Shown: one piece after another, positions 10,332 to 19,707 of the stretch
How positions within the stretch are numbered: the stretch's first letter is position 1
Layout: the number at the start of each line of letters is the position of its first letter
Source of the DNA: Leptospira sp.
Lineage (GTDB): Bacteria; Spirochaetota; Leptospiria; Leptospirales; Leptospiraceae
Length of the DNA: 64,000 nucleotides
Direction: 5' to 3'
Assembly: GCA_034439575.1 (NCBI GenBank)
Contig: JAWXAQ010000027.1
Coordinates: 256,001 to 320,000, forward strand
Notes under the pieces: generated by a model
Told to the model about the DNA's origin: nothing
The model's database searches: none
The model's input: the letters and a program-made list of their open reading frames with translations, nothing else
Made by a program: the position numbers and the translations under genes

Positions 10332-11600
10332 TTATCTCCTAATTGTTGCTATTTGAAATACAGGAATTTCATTTCGATTCATATCATATTCAAACCTTTG
10401 CGTATGTGTGCCAGAAAAAGTATCAGCTTGGGTTGCGAAGATGATAGAATTTGATTTGCCTATATAGGATGGATGCAAGGATGGTTTGTCCCCATCAGTT
10501 AGATATTTCACTTTTTTTGTGTTACGTGACCATTCCGCTAGTTGTGCGACGGGTCCATAATCGTCACTTCGTTTTGTATGAATTCCATCGAAATTGTCGG
10601 CACGTGTAACGAATGCTATTTGATTTCCATTCGCTGAATACGTAGGAGTGGAACTGCTTTCATCTCCATTTATAATTTTAATGATTTTTTTACTGTTAAC
10701 CTCCAATTCCCAAATTTGGCCCTTTCCTCCAGGGTTCTCTGAGTTATAATCAGCTGAGGATTCAAAAACGACTTTTTTTCCATCTGGACTATAAACCGGG
10801 TTTGCAGCACCGGCATCGCCATTAGTAAGGTATGTGAATTTTTTGTTTTTCACATCATATTCGGCCAATTGGTATCTTCTGTTAGGTGGGGAGGCGCTGA
10901 GATTAAGCGCACCTGTGACAAAAATAATTTTTGTGCCATCATGATTGTATCTGGGGCGACTCGATTCACCATCGCCATCAGTTATATAGGTTACAACATT
11001 TGTTTTGCGATCCCATTCAGCAATTTGTTGTTCTGGATCTCCCCATTCATTTTTTCTCGCTGTAAATTTTCCTTTAAAACCGGCAGATCTTGTTTGAAAA
11101 ATTATTTTATTTCCATCAGGACTATATTCTGGAAAATCAGACCAAAAATCTCCATCGGATATGTATCTCGTTGTTTGATTTGTAAGATCATACTCTGCAA
11201 TTTGTGATGTACGAACGCCTTTTGGGTTCAATTTATTTTTAAGTGAACCTAGGTTATGCGATTCTGTTCTAAATACTATAAATTTTCCATCATTACTATA
11301 ACTGGGTTCTGATTGATAATAATCTGCATCAAACAAAAATTTAACTTCACCAGTTTTAATGTCTAACTCGGCTACTTGTGTGAATGAAGTTGTTTCGTGA
11401 TTTCCACTAAAATTATCTGCATGTGTAATAAAGACAATTTTGGAACCATCTTTATTTGCTCTCGGGGAACTAGAACTTGCAGATAAGGTTTCGTCTGAAT
11501 CAGCTGGTGATCCATCTGTCATATAAATGATATGATCGGTACTTTGTGAGAGTAGAATTTGGTAAGAAAAAAGTAGAATAAGTAAGCGGATTTTTTTCAT
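10332..11600 (-). CDS. Secreted TolB-like/PD40 beta-propeller protein (7 blades)
   Basis: Signal peptide plus seven repeats of PxYSxDGxKI[VI]F...Q[IL]AE[YW]D...Y[IL]T[DN]GD. Confidence 0.85.
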   Translation of the reverse strand: MKKIRLLILLFSYQILLSQSTDHIIYMTDGSPADSDETLSASSSSPRANKDGSKIVFITHADNFSGNHETTSFTQVAELDIKTGEVKFLFDADYYQSEPSYSNDGKFIVFRTESHNLGSLKNKLNPKGVRTSQIAEYDLTNQTTRYISDGDFWSDFPEYSPDGNKIIFQTRSAGFKGKFTARKNEWGDPEQQIAEWDRKTNVVTYITDGDGESSRPRYNHDGTKIIFVTGALNLSASPPNRRYQLAEYDVKNKKFTYLTNGDAGAANPVYSPDGKKVVFESSADYNSENPGGKGQIWELEVNSKKIIKIINGDESSSTPTYSANGNQIAFVTRADNFDGIHTKRSDDYGPVAQLAEWSRNTKKVKYLTDGDKPSLHPSYIGKSNSIIFATQADTFSGTHTQRFEYDMNRNEIPVFQIATIRR

Positions 11601-11768
11601 AAATAACCTTTGTAAGCATTGATTTAGAACTGCCAGAAATTATATGAATCTGTTTCCTATATGCAAGAATAAAATCTAATGAAGAATCAAAATTGATAAT
11701 TATCCTTAACACTTGACCATTTCCCCGCAAAAATTTGTCATACTGTAAGGGAAGGGTTTATAAATTTA

Positions 11769-12668
11769 ATGGCGAATAAACAAGAAATTCAAGAGAAAGT
11801 TAAAGTATATTTAAAGAGTAAAGAACGAATCAGTCTTTCCATTTCAAAGATCATTGATTCAATTTTTAATACTCCATTTTCTAAATTCTTTGTAGAAAAT
11901 TTCCAACTTCCACCAGTGGCTTTGTTAGACGCTTTTACAAAAAAATCATCAAGAGTTAGTTCTGCATTGGACTTAAATATTCAAAATGCATATCCATTCC
12001 AAACATTGTCAGAAGGAATGCAAAAGGAAACTGAAATTGCTATTGCAGATTTTGTTTCTGCTATCGAAGTTTATCCCTCCAAAGAATTGTTAGTTGATTT
12101 ACTAAATCAAAAAGCAATTCAAGAGATCATCGCAAATATTATTGAAAGTGGTATCATAGAATTTAATAAAAAAACGAATCCATTGTTTGGAATGATTCAG
12201 GCGACAGGACTTGATAAACAGATTAAATCTTTTATTAATTTGTTTTTGCCGAATTTTTTACCTAAGATTGCTGATTTTTTATACAAAACTAGTTTTGGAG
12301 AAAATAGTACATTGACGCGTGATATTGTTGTTATACTGCTAAATGCTCCCATGACAGAACTACAAATGCCAAACGCAGAGCAGGTTAAAATCGCAGAAGA
12401 AAAATTGGAAATATTAAGTGAAAAGATTAAAAATGACGCTACTTTAGAAAAAACTCTTTCCACTTTTATCTCTGAGATTTCGTCTAGGTTCCAAAAAGCT
12501 CATGGTCATGAAAATCTGATAAAATTTTTAGAACTTTCCACAGATGATTATCAATCCTTAAAAAAAATGTTTTCTGATTATTTAGCGAATGAAATTGTAA
12601 AAGTTCAAAATCAAAATTCCATTGATGAACTCGTGGCGGGAATTATCGATGATATACTAAACCAATAA
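11769..12668 (+). CDS. Hypothetical helical protein
   Basis: 299-aa ORF with RBS (GGAAGG) and an extended -10-like TGTCATACT upstream; 4 nt from the next gene. Confidence 0.7.
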   Translation: MANKQEIQEKVKVYLKSKERISLSISKIIDSIFNTPFSKFFVENFQLPPVALLDAFTKKSSRVSSALDLNIQNAYPFQTLSEGMQKETEIAIADFVSAIEVYPSKELLVDLLNQKAIQEIIANIIESGIIEFNKKTNPLFGMIQATGLDKQIKSFINLFLPNFLPKIADFLYKTSFGENSTLTRDIVVILLNAPMTELQMPNAEQVKIAEEKLEILSEKIKNDATLEKTLSTFISEISSRFQKAHGHENLIKFLELSTDDYQSLKKMFSDYLANEIVKVQNQNSIDELVAGIIDDILNQ

Positions 12669-12672
12669 TTGT

Positions 12673-13788
12673 ATGGAAACTACTTTTATATTTTTAATTC
12701 TGTTTATATACTTTCCTATAATTTTTATCATTTATTATATCAAAGAAGTGATCGAGAAACCAAGGTTATATTATAAACCGAATGAATGGAATCAAAGATT
12801 ATTACCAACATTAAGAAAATTGCATGTATCCTATTTTCCTACTATTTGGTGTTTTAATCGGCATTTGATGTTGGCTTTATTGCTTTTTCGAGAATCCCGT
12901 TCTAAAGAATATTTTTATGATCAAATTGAGCATCTAACAATGAAAGATGGGGGAATCACTGGACTTGCTTGGACTGGGTTAGAAAATTTAAATCAAAGGT
13001 CCAATGTACCAATCGTTGTGATTTTTCATACAATCAGTGGAGATGAACAAGATGTTAAAAATATAGTCATTCATATTAAAGAAAAAATGGATTGTGCGGT
13101 TGTTGTTTGTATTCGCAGGGGTCATGGAAATTTACCATTAAAAACTCCCGTCATTAATACTATGGGCTCAACGGATGACTTAAAAATACAGCTAACGCAT
13201 ATTAAAAGAAAATATCCAAATTCCAAAATCCTTGGTGTTGGTATTTCTGCTGGGTCTGGTTTACTTGCTCGGTATTTGGGTGAAGTCGGTGCTAAGAGTC
13301 TTTTATTTGCGGCAGTTGCTATATCGCCGGCCTATGATATTGAAAAAGCATTTCATAGAATCCACCCGATATATAATAAACTTATGGCACAAAGACTTAT
13401 TAATTATTTTTTAGAACGACATTACCTCAGTTTATCTGAAATCCCTGGTTATAATCACGTCAAAGATTCAAAATCAATAGGCGAATTTCAAGATCGCTTG
13501 CATTTGCTTTCAGGTTATGCTTCTAAAGAAGAATACTATCATTATAGTAATCCGATCAAAGTCGCAAATTTGATTCAAACACCACTTTTGATTCTAAATG
13601 CAGATGATGATCCTATTTGTGTTAAATTAAATGTAAACGAAAACTTACATTGGTTAGAAGGTTTGACAAAGACCATACTAGTTAAAACAAAAAGAGGTAG
13701 TCATATCGCTTTTTTTGAAGGTTTCAGGGCCAGGTCTTGGTGTGATGAATTGGTTACAGATTATTTTATTGAAGTTTTAAAAACATAA
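12673..13788 (+). CDS. Alpha/beta hydrolase, YheT/ABHD family, with N-terminal TM anchor
   Basis: RRGHG, nucleophile elbow GISAG, NADDDP and GSHIAF. Confidence 0.88.
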   Translation: METTFIFLILFIYFPIIFIIYYIKEVIEKPRLYYKPNEWNQRLLPTLRKLHVSYFPTIWCFNRHLMLALLLFRESRSKEYFYDQIEHLTMKDGGITGLAWTGLENLNQRSNVPIVVIFHTISGDEQDVKNIVIHIKEKMDCAVVVCIRRGHGNLPLKTPVINTMGSTDDLKIQLTHIKRKYPNSKILGVGISAGSGLLARYLGEVGAKSLLFAAVAISPAYDIEKAFHRIHPIYNKLMAQRLINYFLERHYLSLSEIPGYNHVKDSKSIGEFQDRLHLLSGYASKEEYYHYSNPIKVANLIQTPLLILNADDDPICVKLNVNENLHWLEGLTKTILVKTKRGSHIAFFEGFRARSWCDELVTDYFIEVLKT

Positions 13789-13810
13789 CATTTAAAAATT
13801 CAATTTGTAT

Positions 13811-14302
13811 TCAACGCAGGTGATGAAGTTTCATAAATTTGTTTTTATCTTGTTCAGAGATTTTGAATTCTAATGCGAGTAAATCTAAAAATCTTCTTTC
13901 CATTTTTACAAATTTATGGTCTTGTCCTGCAGTGATGCAGGCGATTTCAAAAAGATCCTTTCTTAATGGTAGATTATCATCTGTTCGAAGGAGTATTTCT
14001 GACATCTCTAAAGGATTTTCCCAAAGATCTTCTACATGTTTTTTCGCCTTCTCATAGAGATGATCTGGTACTAAAGTCCATTGAAGTTTCGGATCATTTT
14101 TGTCAAATAGCCGTGCTTCCATTTTTTTAAAATAAACTTGTTCTGAAACTGATAAATCACCATCAATGATCGCCATACGTTTGATGATACTTACATACAA
14201 ATCTATAAAACGAGTATTGATTTCAGTGATTTTTTCTGGATCAACACTTGTATCAAAAAAATAATTTGATATTGCTTTTGCAAAATCATCAATCATTCCC
14301 AT
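13811..14302 (-). CDS. TerB-like (tellurite-resistance TerB/DUF533 fold) protein
   Basis: MAIIDGDLSVSEQ and AGQDHKFVKMERRFLDLLALEFKI, the paired ADG..E motifs of TerB. Confidence 0.7.
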   Translation of the reverse strand: MGMIDDFAKAISNYFFDTSVDPEKITEINTRFIDLYVSIIKRMAIIDGDLSVSEQVYFKKMEARLFDKNDPKLQWTLVPDHLYEKAKKHVEDLWENPLEMSEILLRTDDNLPLRKDLFEIACITAGQDHKFVKMERRFLDLLALEFKISEQDKNKFMKLHHLR

Positions 14303-14308
14303 AAATAC

Positions 14309-14530
14309 TTACAACTGTTTAATTAAAGCTTTCAGATCACTAATAAGTGAATAGGGAACAGGTTTTATATCCTCAGCCAATTTAATCGCATCTTCAATGG
14401 TTCGAGTCAATACTTGTTTTTCAGCTACATAGCCCGTGTTATGCATTTTGTTTTTATTTTGTTTAAATGTAGTTACTTTTGTGTCGATGATTTCGATAAT
14501 CTGATTGAGATATTGTATTTTATTTTCCAT
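14309..14530 (-). CDS. Small hypothetical protein
   Basis: 73-aa helical ORF with an AAGGA RBS, 6 nt upstream of the TerB-like gene. Confidence 0.7.
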   Translation of the reverse strand: MENKIQYLNQIIEIIDTKVTTFKQNKNKMHNTGYVAEKQVLTRTIEDAIKLAEDIKPVPYSLISDLKALIKQL

Positions 14531-14631
14531 AACAAATCATTATCCTTGTATTGTTTTGAAATTCAACCCATTTAATCGGTAAAAAGGTATTTTAATAAAA
14601 TTGCATATTATCAACGAATCCAAAATTTGGA

Positions 14632-15234
14632 ATGGAAATGAGTTTTCTTAAAAAATATTGGGTATTTGATATGGATGGCACTTTAACTTGTGCGAAACAT
14701 GATTTTCCAGCAATCAAGACTGAGTTAGGTTTGCCTTTAGATAAAGATATCTTGACTGGGCTAAGTTTTCTAAATCCAATAGAGAGGGAAAAGAAAAATT
14801 TAATACTCGAAAAAATCGAATTAGAAATAGCAAAAATTTCTACTCCTCAAATTGGTGCTTTCGAATTATTGACACATCTAAAAAATTTAGGAGTAAGACT
14901 TGGAATACTAACAAGGAATAGCCTTATAAATACAATTGTAACATTAGAAGTTACAAATCTACTTTCTTTTTTTCCTGAATCTGAAATTCTAACTCGTGAT
15001 CATGCGGAACCAAAACCGCATCCAGAAGGACTATTCAAATTACAAAATCATTGGCAAGCAGATCCAAATGAAATGATCATGGTGGGAGATTATCTTTATG
15101 ATTTGCTAGCGGGCAAAAGTGCATCCACGGATACGATTTATATAGATCCTACTGGAGAATTTAAATTTAAAGAGCATGCTACTCACTGTATTAAAAATTT
15201 GTTTGAGGCCATCGATCTAGATTTAATAAAATAG
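14632..15234 (+). CDS. HAD family hydrolase (phosphatase, subfamily IA)
   Basis: FDMDGTL, LTRN, PKPHP and MVGDYLYD motifs. Confidence 0.92.
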   Translation: MEMSFLKKYWVFDMDGTLTCAKHDFPAIKTELGLPLDKDILTGLSFLNPIEREKKNLILEKIELEIAKISTPQIGAFELLTHLKNLGVRLGILTRNSLINTIVTLEVTNLLSFFPESEILTRDHAEPKPHPEGLFKLQNHWQADPNEMIMVGDYLYDLLAGKSASTDTIYIDPTGEFKFKEHATHCIKNLFEAIDLDLIK

Positions 15235-15242
15235 AAAAACTA

Positions 15243-16439
15243 ATGAATAAATATCTAGAAATATTTTTTATTTTTTTTCGCCTCGGATGTACTTCGTTTG
15301 GTGGACCTATCGCTCATTTAGGATATTTTCATCATGAGTTTGTAGAAAAAAGAAAATGGCTCACAGAGGTTGCCTATTCTGATTTAGTAGCCCTTAGCCA
15401 ATTTTTGCCAGGGCCTGCAAGTAGCCAAGTAGGTATGGCCCTTGGAAGTTTGAGAGGTGGAATCCTTGGTTCTTTACTATCTTTTTTAGGTTTTACCCTC
15501 CCTTCTTTTTTCCTTATGACAAGTTTCGGATTAGGAATGTTAGCACTTGGAAGTAAAATACCAGTTAGCTTGCTTCATGGATTGCAACTTTCAGCAGTAG
15601 CTATCATCATCCAAGCTGTTTGGCAAATGGGAAACAAACTTTGTCCCGATAAAGAACGAATTTTGATTTGTATTGGTGCGGCCATCATTAGTTCCATAGT
15701 TTCTGGAATCATCGGTCAAATTTTTGTTATTGTTTTCGGCGGTTTCATCGGTTATATTTTTTTACGAAAAATTGAAATTAGTCCTTACCACAATGTTGAT
15801 TATCAAATTTCAAAACCATTGGCACTCTTTTTTCTTTTCTTATTTTTATTATTTCTTTTTGGATTTCCGATTTTAAGGTTATTTTGGGATTCAAATATTT
15901 TCTTGTTATTCGATAGTTTTTATCGCACTGGTTCTTTAGTGTTTGGTGGAGGTCATGTTGTGATTTCCTTACTAGAAGATGAAATTGTAGCCCAAGGTAT
16001 CTTATCTAAATTGGATTTTTTATCAGGTTATGGTTTTGCCCAAGGCATCCCTGGTCCCTTATTCACTATTTCATCTTATATTGGTGCTATGAATTCACTG
16101 GGTATCAATGGTATGCTAGGAGCTATCATCTGTTCTGTGGCGGCATTTTTGCCAGCATACTTTTTGATTTTAGGAATTTTGCCTTTTTGGAATAGTATTC
16201 GCAAATTTAAAGTTATGCTATATATGATGAGTGGGATTAATGCCGCAGTGGTTGGCTTACTGCTTTCCGTATTATATGATCTACTTTACAAAGAGACTGT
16301 TATCAATACGTTTGATTTTTATCTTTTACTAATTGCCGTGATATTATTGCAAAAATGGAAATTACCATCCTGGATGGTATTGGTATTGACGACGACAATC
16401 TGTTATAGTAAAGATTTAGTATTAATTTATATTAAATAA
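15243..16439 (+). CDS. chrA: Chromate efflux transporter (long-chain CHR)
   Basis: Duplicated CHR motifs: SFGGPIAH...QFLPGPASSQ and FGGGHVV...QGIPGPLF. Confidence 0.93.
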   Translation: MNKYLEIFFIFFRLGCTSFGGPIAHLGYFHHEFVEKRKWLTEVAYSDLVALSQFLPGPASSQVGMALGSLRGGILGSLLSFLGFTLPSFFLMTSFGLGMLALGSKIPVSLLHGLQLSAVAIIIQAVWQMGNKLCPDKERILICIGAAIISSIVSGIIGQIFVIVFGGFIGYIFLRKIEISPYHNVDYQISKPLALFFLFLFLLFLFGFPILRLFWDSNIFLLFDSFYRTGSLVFGGGHVVISLLEDEIVAQGILSKLDFLSGYGFAQGIPGPLFTISSYIGAMNSLGINGMLGAIICSVAAFLPAYFLILGILPFWNSIRKFKVMLYMMSGINAAVVGLLLSVLYDLLYKETVINTFDFYLLLIAVILLQKWKLPSWMVLVLTTTICYSKDLVLIYIK

Positions 16440-16440
16440 T

Positions 16441-17112
16441 ATGAATATATTAAAGAATTTATTTTCCAGAAAAAAAATAAATACTTATTTAAACACACAA
16501 TATCAAATACAAAGTCTATTTACTGAAATTAAAAATGGAGATGAAATCTCCGACGGAGAGTTTGATAAATTGTACCCACCTTACTTCCAAGAAATCTCTT
16601 CTGTACAGTGGTCGCCCATTCATATTTGTAAATTGGTTTTGGATTTGTTTAATTTGAAAGAGGAAGATCAGCTCTTAGATGTGGGTTCAGGTGTTGGTAA
16701 ATTTTGTTTTATTGCTGCGATTCTAACAAAGGCAAATGTGACTGGAGTAGAAAAGCGAAAAGAACTAGTCCAAGTATCAAACGGTATTCTCAAACAATCA
16801 AAATTAAAAAATTTAAATTTTATACATAAACGAATGGAAGATTTGGATTGGAACCAGTTTTCCTGTCTTTATTTTTATAACCCCTTTTATGAAAATATAA
16901 GCCCTCATCATAGGATAGATGATGAAATTCCTGAGGGAATAAAAAAATTTTCTGAGAACCTGAATGTGACAAAGCAAAAGTTAAGTGATCTAAAGAAAGG
17001 AACAAAAATTGTCACCTATCATTCTTTTGGTGGAAAAATGCCTTCGAGTTACAAAAAAATAAAACATATTAATTTGACTTTGGGGGAACTCGAATCTTGG
17101 ATAAAGATTTAA
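16441..17112 (+). CDS. Class I SAM-dependent methyltransferase
   Basis: LLDVGSGVGKF, GVEKR and YFYNPF motifs. Confidence 0.85.
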   Translation: MNILKNLFSRKKINTYLNTQYQIQSLFTEIKNGDEISDGEFDKLYPPYFQEISSVQWSPIHICKLVLDLFNLKEEDQLLDVGSGVGKFCFIAAILTKANVTGVEKRKELVQVSNGILKQSKLKNLNFIHKRMEDLDWNQFSCLYFYNPFYENISPHHRIDDEIPEGIKKFSENLNVTKQKLSDLKKGTKIVTYHSFGGKMPSSYKKIKHINLTLGELESWIKI

Positions 17113-17114
17113 TT

Positions 17115-18569
17115 TTACCGTTTAGAAATATTTAGGTGGGGTTTCGCTAATAATAAATATAAAAGTCCAGTCATAATAACGATCCCACTCGTCAAGATCA
17201 TAGAATAATTAATAAACCAAGGTTCATCTAAGGCCCTTGGCCAAATCATATTCAGAACAGCACAAAGACCATATATGAGTGCTATGATATTTATGGTCAT
17301 TCCCCATTTTCCTAAAACAAAACTGCCATTAGGTTTCCATCCTTTGTAACGCGCATACAAACTTCCAATCACAACCATTTGGAAGGCTATATAAATTCCA
17401 ATGGATGCAAAACTTATGACTGTATTCACAGCATCCTGAAGCCAGTGTCCTATGCTTGCGATGAATATGGGGATGAGGCCTGAGATAAGTAATGCGTTAA
17501 ATGGAATTTTTGATTTTTCTGATAAAGAATTAAATAGATTACTTCCAAATATCATTCCGTCTCTCGCAAAAGAGAATATCAATCTTGATGCCGCGGCCTG
17601 CAAACTTAACAAACAAGATAAAAAGGAAATCATAACAACTGCTATGACCAATTTGTATCCCAAATCACCCATGGCAAATTGCAATGTGCTTGTGACGGGA
17701 TCTGCATCTTCTCCACTTATGGCTTTAGGTAAATCGGGAATGGAAAGTAATAGGGCAAGACATACGAAAGTAGCGGCACCACCGCCCACATAAATTGTCA
17801 TTCTCATTGACTTTGGTATCGCTGAACTAGCATTTGGTGTTTCTTCGGCCACATCGCCACATGCTTCAAATCCATAATAACAAAACATAGCAGCAAGGGA
17901 TGATGCTATAAACGCTGGTATATAATTGAAACCATCACCGAAACTAAAAGTATCAAAAAGAATGGTAATGGGTTGAATTCTTCCAAAAATAAGAAGGTAT
18001 CCTCCCACAAGAATGGCTCCCACCAATTCACAAATAAAACCAATCATAGCAACGCGAGCAAGTAGTCTAGTCCCACTTAAGTTCATTATTGTGGAAACAA
18101 TGATCATAAACACTGCGATCCATATTGTAAATGAGGCACTCCAATTTAAGCCAATGAGCCTGGATAAAAAAGGAGCTCCACCGAGAGCCACACCTGCAAT
18201 CGTCGTAAACAATGCCCACGCATAGACCCAAGCAGACATCCAGGCCCATTTAGTTCCAACTAGCCTAAGACACCATGGATAGATGCCTCCAGAAATAGGA
18301 TATTGAGAAACTACTTCACCAAACACAAGACAGACAAAAAATTGACCGAGACCTATCAAAAAATAGTTCCAAAACATCGCAGGGCCACCGGTTTGCAATG
18401 CCATGGCAAATACAGAATACACCCCGACGACAGGGGAAAGGTAAGTGAAGCCTAAGGAAAAATTTTCCCAAAAACTCATACTCCTATCAAATTTAGAAGT
18501 ATAACCTAAAGCTTCTAATTGTTTTGTGTCTAAATCTTGAATGTTTGTTTGGACTTTTGACTCGTGCAT
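17115..18569 (-). CDS. APC-family amino acid/polyamine permease
   Basis: About 12 TM segments; YPISGGIY, YGFEACGDVAEET and SRLIFSFARDG motifs. Confidence 0.92.
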   Translation of the reverse strand: MHESKVQTNIQDLDTKQLEALGYTSKFDRSMSFWENFSLGFTYLSPVVGVYSVFAMALQTGGPAMFWNYFLIGLGQFFVCLVFGEVVSQYPISGGIYPWCLRLVGTKWAWMSAWVYAWALFTTIAGVALGGAPFLSRLIGLNWSASFTIWIAVFMIIVSTIMNLSGTRLLARVAMIGFICELVGAILVGGYLLIFGRIQPITILFDTFSFGDGFNYIPAFIASSLAAMFCYYGFEACGDVAEETPNASSAIPKSMRMTIYVGGGAATFVCLALLLSIPDLPKAISGEDADPVTSTLQFAMGDLGYKLVIAVVMISFLSCLLSLQAAASRLIFSFARDGMIFGSNLFNSLSEKSKIPFNALLISGLIPIFIASIGHWLQDAVNTVISFASIGIYIAFQMVVIGSLYARYKGWKPNGSFVLGKWGMTINIIALIYGLCAVLNMIWPRALDEPWFINYSMILTSGIVIMTGLLYLLLAKPHLNISKR

Positions 18570-18594
18570 ATAAAAAAATAAGACCTATAAAAAA

Positions 18595-19707
18595 TTAAAA
18601 TTCAGTTTTGAAATGTGTGAAACTTTCTGCTCCGCCTCGTCTTGCCTTTGTTAAGATCCCATAAATGACGGCATCTTTTAAAGATTGATAATACCCAGAA
18701 TCACAAAACATATACAAGGAAACTTTCAATTGACTGTGATCACCTATGAGAAGTAATGCGTTATCTTCGGAAATGATTTCTTCTAATTCATTAAAAGAAA
18801 TCAAATCCTTTCCTTTTCTTACTCCTTCGCTATTGATTACAATTTCTTTCTTTTTCATTCTATGGAATAAAACAAAACCAATTGGGAAAAAGGAAATGGA
18901 AGTCATAATAATGAAAAATATAGATTCGGGAAGGGGAGGCGGAAAACTTTCCCAAGAAAAAACAGACATATCAAAAGCATCTGCAAATGCTAAATTTAAA
19001 ATCAAAAACAATACGATTGAAAATACAGTCCCTAAAATAAGAAAGATCTTTGGTTTGTAGACGGAATTGATTAAATACTCTTTTCCCGTATCTGTCCAAG
19101 TGATTGCGCTCTCAATGGGAAAATTAGGAATATGGAATTCATCAAAATTGGCATGTGGTCGTTTATGAAAGGGGATATCAAGTTCAGTATGGTCTCTTGT
19201 TTCTCCTTGTTCATTTGTGAGGGGTAGTTTTAATGTTTTTGCAATGTTTTCCGCAAAACTTCTTGCTGTATATAAGTCCGTTGATTCTGCGAGGATTAAA
19301 TCTGGAAGGTCCTTGGAGATCACTGTATAAACTATGACAGTTCTTGAACTATTTTTTGATCGCACAACATACGTATAACGAGATTGAGCTAGATTTTGAA
19401 TTTGGGAAAAAGGAACTTCCTTAAGTAAGTTTTTATCTTCAAAAAATTGGATTTTTTTGGAAGTGATATCAAAGATAGTTCTTTTGGGTTTTCCCAAAGT
19501 TAATTTAATTAATAACAAAGGTAAGAGGGAAAAGGAGAAAAAAACAGGAATAAACACAAATAGAAATATTGGCTCAATTCCTTCCTCAGCTATCATTGAA
19601 TAAACGACGGGAATGAAAATGGCGAGAGAAAAAATACTGAAAAAAATCAGAATGAATTTTGTAAATTTTACATTCTTTTGTTTGTGATCTTTAAATTCTA
19701 AATTCAT
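18595..19707 (-). CDS. Hypothetical membrane protein (two TM-hairpin + soluble modules)
   Basis: 370 aa with two pairs of TM helices; start overlaps the EAL gene stop (ATGA). Confidence 0.75.
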   Translation of the reverse strand: MNLEFKDHKQKNVKFTKFILIFFSIFSLAIFIPVVYSMIAEEGIEPIFLFVFIPVFFSFSLLPLLLIKLTLGKPKRTIFDITSKKIQFFEDKNLLKEVPFSQIQNLAQSRYTYVVRSKNSSRTVIVYTVISKDLPDLILAESTDLYTARSFAENIAKTLKLPLTNEQGETRDHTELDIPFHKRPHANFDEFHIPNFPIESAITWTDTGKEYLINSVYKPKIFLILGTVFSIVLFLILNLAFADAFDMSVFSWESFPPPLPESIFFIIMTSISFFPIGFVLFHRMKKKEIVINSEGVRKGKDLISFNELEEIISEDNALLLIGDHSQLKVSLYMFCDSGYYQSLKDAVIYGILTKARRGGAESFTHFKTEF

